Shown: positions 26,773-27,021 of the stretch, piece by piece
How the letters are laid out: each line of letters opens with the position of its first letter
Numbering within the stretch: position 1 is the stretch's first letter
Assembly: GCA_049472335.1 (NCBI GenBank)
Contig: JBLIRO010000068.1
Location: forward strand, 1 to 27,021
Origin: a bacterium
GTDB lineage: Bacteria; SZUA-182; DTGQ01; JAFGSM01
DNA: 27,021 nucleotides
Direction of reading: 5' to 3'
The notes under the pieces: generated by a model
Told to the model about the DNA's origin: nothing
Database searches by the model: none
Seen by the model: the letters and a program-made list of their open reading frames with translations, nothing else
Position numbers and translations under genes: made by a program

Positions 26773-26846
26773 ACATAACAAATTGCATTAAGACGGATTG
26801 CAATTCCGCTGCGCTCCATTGCAACCGCTTATGCAAAGCGTTGGAC
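26773..26846 (+). mobile_element. Integron attC site 2 (74 bp)
   Basis: R'' ACATAAC (26773-26779), 5 bp, GCAT(T)AAG(A)CGG(A)TTGCAAT, loop, ATTGCAACCGCTTATGC, 5 bp, R' GTTGGAC (26840-26846). The stem is perfect apart from three extrahelical bases. Confidence 0.9.
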
Positions 26847-26913
26847 TGGCCCGCTGTCGCGGGGGAAGCGAAATGGCACAGGCCGGATATAACGCAAACA
26901 TAAAGACCTATCC

Positions 26914-27021
26914 ATGAAAAATCAGATGCGGCCCACCCTTCAACATATCCTTCTTGCAGGGTATGAAGCATTTGAGCGTACCCACCCACTTCCCGGATAT
27001 GTAAGGCGTGCAGCCCGTGCC
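26914..27021 (+). CDS. Probable IS91-family (rolling-circle, zinc-binding domain) transposase N-terminus, truncated by window end
   Basis: MKNQMRPTLQHILLAGYEAFERTHPLPGYVRRAARA resembles the start of IS91-like transposases (TLQ.I....Y..Y...H.LP....A..AI..CRT..LGGH). The diagnostic cysteines lie beyond the window. Confidence 0.55.
   Translation, partial: MKNQMRPTLQHILLAGYEAFERTHPLPGYVRRAARA

Noticed and set aside
26633..26989. 118-aa minus-strand ORF
   Set aside because: It spans attC2 and a cassette junction and is antisense to two better-supported ORFs.

Overview
Bacterial chromosomal window, probably Deltaproteobacteria/Desulfobacterota-like (inferred from gene content only). On the + strand: the end of yggS, then proC, yggU (DUF167), mtnA, a short GlmU-like protein, a pyruvate-kinase-C-domain protein, a MinD/FlhG-like ATPase and a J-domain/HTH protein. 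An AT-rich surface-glycan cluster follows (GT2, GT4, Wzx-type flippase, radical SAM/SPASM, NAD epimerase, methyltransferase-like protein, two pyruvyl transferases). It converges on a minus-strand block: nadA-alaS-phasin-like-ubiB/ABC1, then a GT-C glycosyltransferase. The most notable feature is not in the ORF track. From about 23430 to the window end there is an integron-type gene-cassette array with no integrase at the usual position. It comprises a Pc-like promoter, an attI-like site, a 257-bp nearly ORF-less cassette, a ~3-kb cassette encoding an 881-aa HEXXH/Ig/vWA surface protein, two well-formed attC sites with matching core sites, and a third unit beginning with an IS91-like transposase N-terminus.
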